In this document: positions 59,238 to 61,217 of the stretch, piece after piece
Position numbering within the stretch: the stretch's first letter is position 1
Layout of the letters: the number at the start of each line of letters is the position of its first letter
Source of the DNA: an uncultured Verrucomicrobiota bacterium
GTDB lineage: Bacteria > Verrucomicrobiota > Kiritimatiellia > CAIQIC01 > Lenti-01
Assembly (NCBI GenBank): GCA_964399775.1
Contig: CAYNSH010000008.1
Location: 1 to 61,217, forward strand
Length of the DNA: 61,217 nucleotides
Reading direction: 5' to 3'
Notes under the pieces: generated by a model
Database searches by the model: none
The model's input: the letters and a program-made list of their open reading frames with translations, nothing else
Told to the model about the DNA's origin: nothing
Program-made: the position numbers and the translations under genes

Positions 59238-60029
59238 ATGATCAACCGCCTCCTCTTCGCCGTCATCCCCCTGCTTCTGGTTCTGGGCCTCTGGCCCGCT
59301 TCCGCCCAACAGCGCGTGGATTTTGAACGTCAGCGCTTCGATCGCTCCCGGTTTCAACGCGACCCAACGCAGCGCCCTGAGTCGCCTTCGCTTTCCACGC
59401 CCGAGGCGCCCGCCGACCCCAGCCCCCCGGCACCGCCCCCCGCCAGGGAAGGTCCCGAGTTTTCGTTCTCCGAGTCGCCCCCCCCAACCCAGGCCCCTGC
59501 GTCAACTGGGTTCCAAGGCCCGAACGCCACTACCAATGCCCGCCCCCCCTTTGGCCGCCCGGGCATCGATCCCGCCTTGCAGACCTTGATTGACTCCCCC
59601 AAACTGGATGGACTCCCCACCCGCATCTACCAGGATCCCCGTGATGTGGAACGGTTGCTGGAACTCCAGAAGGAAACCGGCGCATGCATCTTCCTCGCCT
59701 TCACGAATCCTTTCGTCAACAGCGAGAAAGGGCTCTTCAACTGGTATAAGAAGCACGTGGCCGGCACGATGGCGTGGCGCCGGGCCATGCGCTACTACCT
59801 GCAAGTTGAAATCACCCTGCCCGGCAAGAAGGAGGCCCAGGAACTCGCCGCCAAATACAATGTCACCAAGACCCCCGTCTTCCTCGTCCTGAAGCCCGGC
59901 AGCACCCACCATGGCCGGTTCTGGCCGTTCGTCAAAAATCCGGGCGAAGACATGAAACTCAAGGACATCGAGGCCATCCTGCAGGAACTCAAAGCCGCCA
60001 GCACCCCCGCCTATGCCGATTTGTTCTAG
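59238..60029 (+). CDS. Exported hypothetical protein with Pro-rich linker and a possible thioredoxin-like domain lacking CXXC
   Basis: RBS AAGGA, signal peptide ending ASA, ELAAKYNVTKTPVFLVL resembles the Trx cis-Pro region. Confidence 0.7.
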   Translation: MINRLLFAVIPLLLVLGLWPASAQQRVDFERQRFDRSRFQRDPTQRPESPSLSTPEAPADPSPPAPPPAREGPEFSFSESPPPTQAPASTGFQGPNATTNARPPFGRPGIDPALQTLIDSPKLDGLPTRIYQDPRDVERLLELQKETGACIFLAFTNPFVNSEKGLFNWYKKHVAGTMAWRRAMRYYLQVEITLPGKKEAQELAAKYNVTKTPVFLVLKPGSTHHGRFWPFVKNPGEDMKLKDIEAILQELKAASTPAYADLF

Positions 60030-60032
60030 CCC

Positions 60033-60989
60033 ATGATCCGCCCGTTCATCGCCATCGCCCGCCTGGCCTCCCTCGAGGCCATCCGGCGGCCCGTCTTCCT
60101 TCTGGTTTCGCTGTCGGTCACCGCCGGTATTCTCCTGTTGCCCCTCCTGCTGAATTACACCCTCGGCGATTCCGCCCGCATCATCCGCGACAGTGCCCTC
60201 GCCTTCTACCTCGTCGGCGGCGTGCTCCTCGGCGCACAGGCCGCCGCCGACGGTTTCTCCCGCGAACTGCGACGCGGAACCGCCGCCATCATTCTCGCCA
60301 AGCCCGTTCCACGCACCCTGTTCTTCTTGGCCAAAATCACCGGCGCATGGGGCGCCCTCGCCCTCTTTTCCGTGGTTGCCCTGACCGCCACCCTCCTCGC
60401 CGTCCGCGCCGGCGCCAGCGATCTGCGACTCGATGGCGCGGCGGTCCTGCCCTCCCTGGCCGCTCTCGTGCTGGCCCCCGCCCTCGCCGGAATCTGGAAC
60501 CATCGCACCCGCCGGCCCTTCGCTTCCGCCACCTTCTTCCTGCTCCTGTTCCTGCTCCTGCTGGCGCTCGCCATATCCGCCATATTCCCCACGCCCCTCG
60601 ACCGCCTCACGTTTCCTCGTCAATTCGATTGGAATCTGTTGACCGTGGGCTTCCTTCTGGCCCTCTGCCTCGGGATGGCCGCTTCCCTCGCCGGCGCTCT
60701 CGCCACCCGATGGCCCACCTCCCCGGTCCTGCTGCTTGTCGCCGGTGTGTTTCTCCTCGGACTCCTGTCCGATTCCTTCCTCGGACCCCATCTCGAATCC
60801 TCGCTGGTCGCCCGCCTCGCCTACGTCCTCCCTCCCAACGTCCAGGCGTTCTGGCTGGTCGACGCCCTCGATGCCGCCATCGCCATCCCCCCCCGCTACC
60901 TTCTCCAGGCCACCGCCTACGCCGCCGCCTGGTCCGCCGCCGTCCTTGCCCTCGGCGCCGCCGCCTTCCGCCAATTGGAGATCTCCTGA
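60033..60989 (+). CDS. ABC-2 type permease-like membrane protein
   Basis: IA....LEAIR.P, ELRRGTA..ILAKPV.R..F.LAK, multiple TMs, C-terminal AFRQLEIS. Confidence 0.8.
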   Translation: MIRPFIAIARLASLEAIRRPVFLLVSLSVTAGILLLPLLLNYTLGDSARIIRDSALAFYLVGGVLLGAQAAADGFSRELRRGTAAIILAKPVPRTLFFLAKITGAWGALALFSVVALTATLLAVRAGASDLRLDGAAVLPSLAALVLAPALAGIWNHRTRRPFASATFFLLLFLLLLALAISAIFPTPLDRLTFPRQFDWNLLTVGFLLALCLGMAASLAGALATRWPTSPVLLLVAGVFLLGLLSDSFLGPHLESSLVARLAYVLPPNVQAFWLVDALDAAIAIPPRYLLQATAYAAAWSAAVLALGAAAFRQLEIS

Positions 60990-61025
60990 TGATTCTCTTT
61001 CCCATTGCGTGGTCCGGCAACTGCC

Positions 61026-61128
61026 GGATCCATGACGTGGAAAACCCGGAGCGGAATTTTCCACAGCGTGGAAAACTTTTTTCCATGGTGTGGAAAAACG
61101 GCCCCGAAGTTTTCCATGCTGTGGAAAA
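61026..61128. repeat. Palindromic repeat TTTTCCA-N5-TGGAAAA, 3 perfect units plus 1 degenerate
   Basis: Perfect units at 61057-61075, 61079-61097 and 61110-61128, degenerate unit at 61026-61044. Same family as 46587-46627. Confidence 0.88.
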
Positions 61129-61217
61129 TGCGTTCCCCCTGTCCCCAGTCCCCAGTACCCTGTACCCCCCAGACCCATGAACCTCATTAAACCGGAAAAC
61201 CACTCCAAGAACTTCCG

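Noticed and set aside
61026-61217. oriC call
   Set aside because: The boxes are one mismatch from consensus and belong to a palindrome also seen at 46587. No dnaA/dnaN gene or clear unwinding element is in the window.

Overview
GC-rich bacterial chromosomal window, probably from the PVC superphylum. Kiritimatiellota-like is my inference from gene content and repeat type, not a database result. It carries about 47 protein genes and two tRNAs (Gly-TCC, Leu-GAG). Most are housekeeping: tsaD, S41 protease, glgB, argC, M42 peptidase, amidase, dinB, rsmD, cdd, fumarase/aspartase, sdaA, thrC, aroC, waaF, two mgtE and a metal ABC permease/ATPase pair. I found no integrase, transposase, CRISPR array or rRNA. 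The most unusual parts are: (1) three tandem ~1050-aa paralogues with a DUF2723/GT-C-like membrane domain that appears to lack the usual acidic motifs, fused to TPRs (17179-26699); (2) a polysaccharide export locus pairing a short OPX/Wza with an outer-membrane beta-barrel (34305-41328); (3) a 954-aa secreted protein with three copies of an unnamed domain and a PVC-type C-terminal tail; (4) an alphaCTD-like plus sigma4-like HTH fusion and a Cys-motif DUF1573/rhodanese/MauE trio in one tightly packed gene run; (5) two families of short palindromic repeats. Start codons were re-picked from RBS and overlap evidence and are estimates. Family assignments come from motifs recognised by eye.
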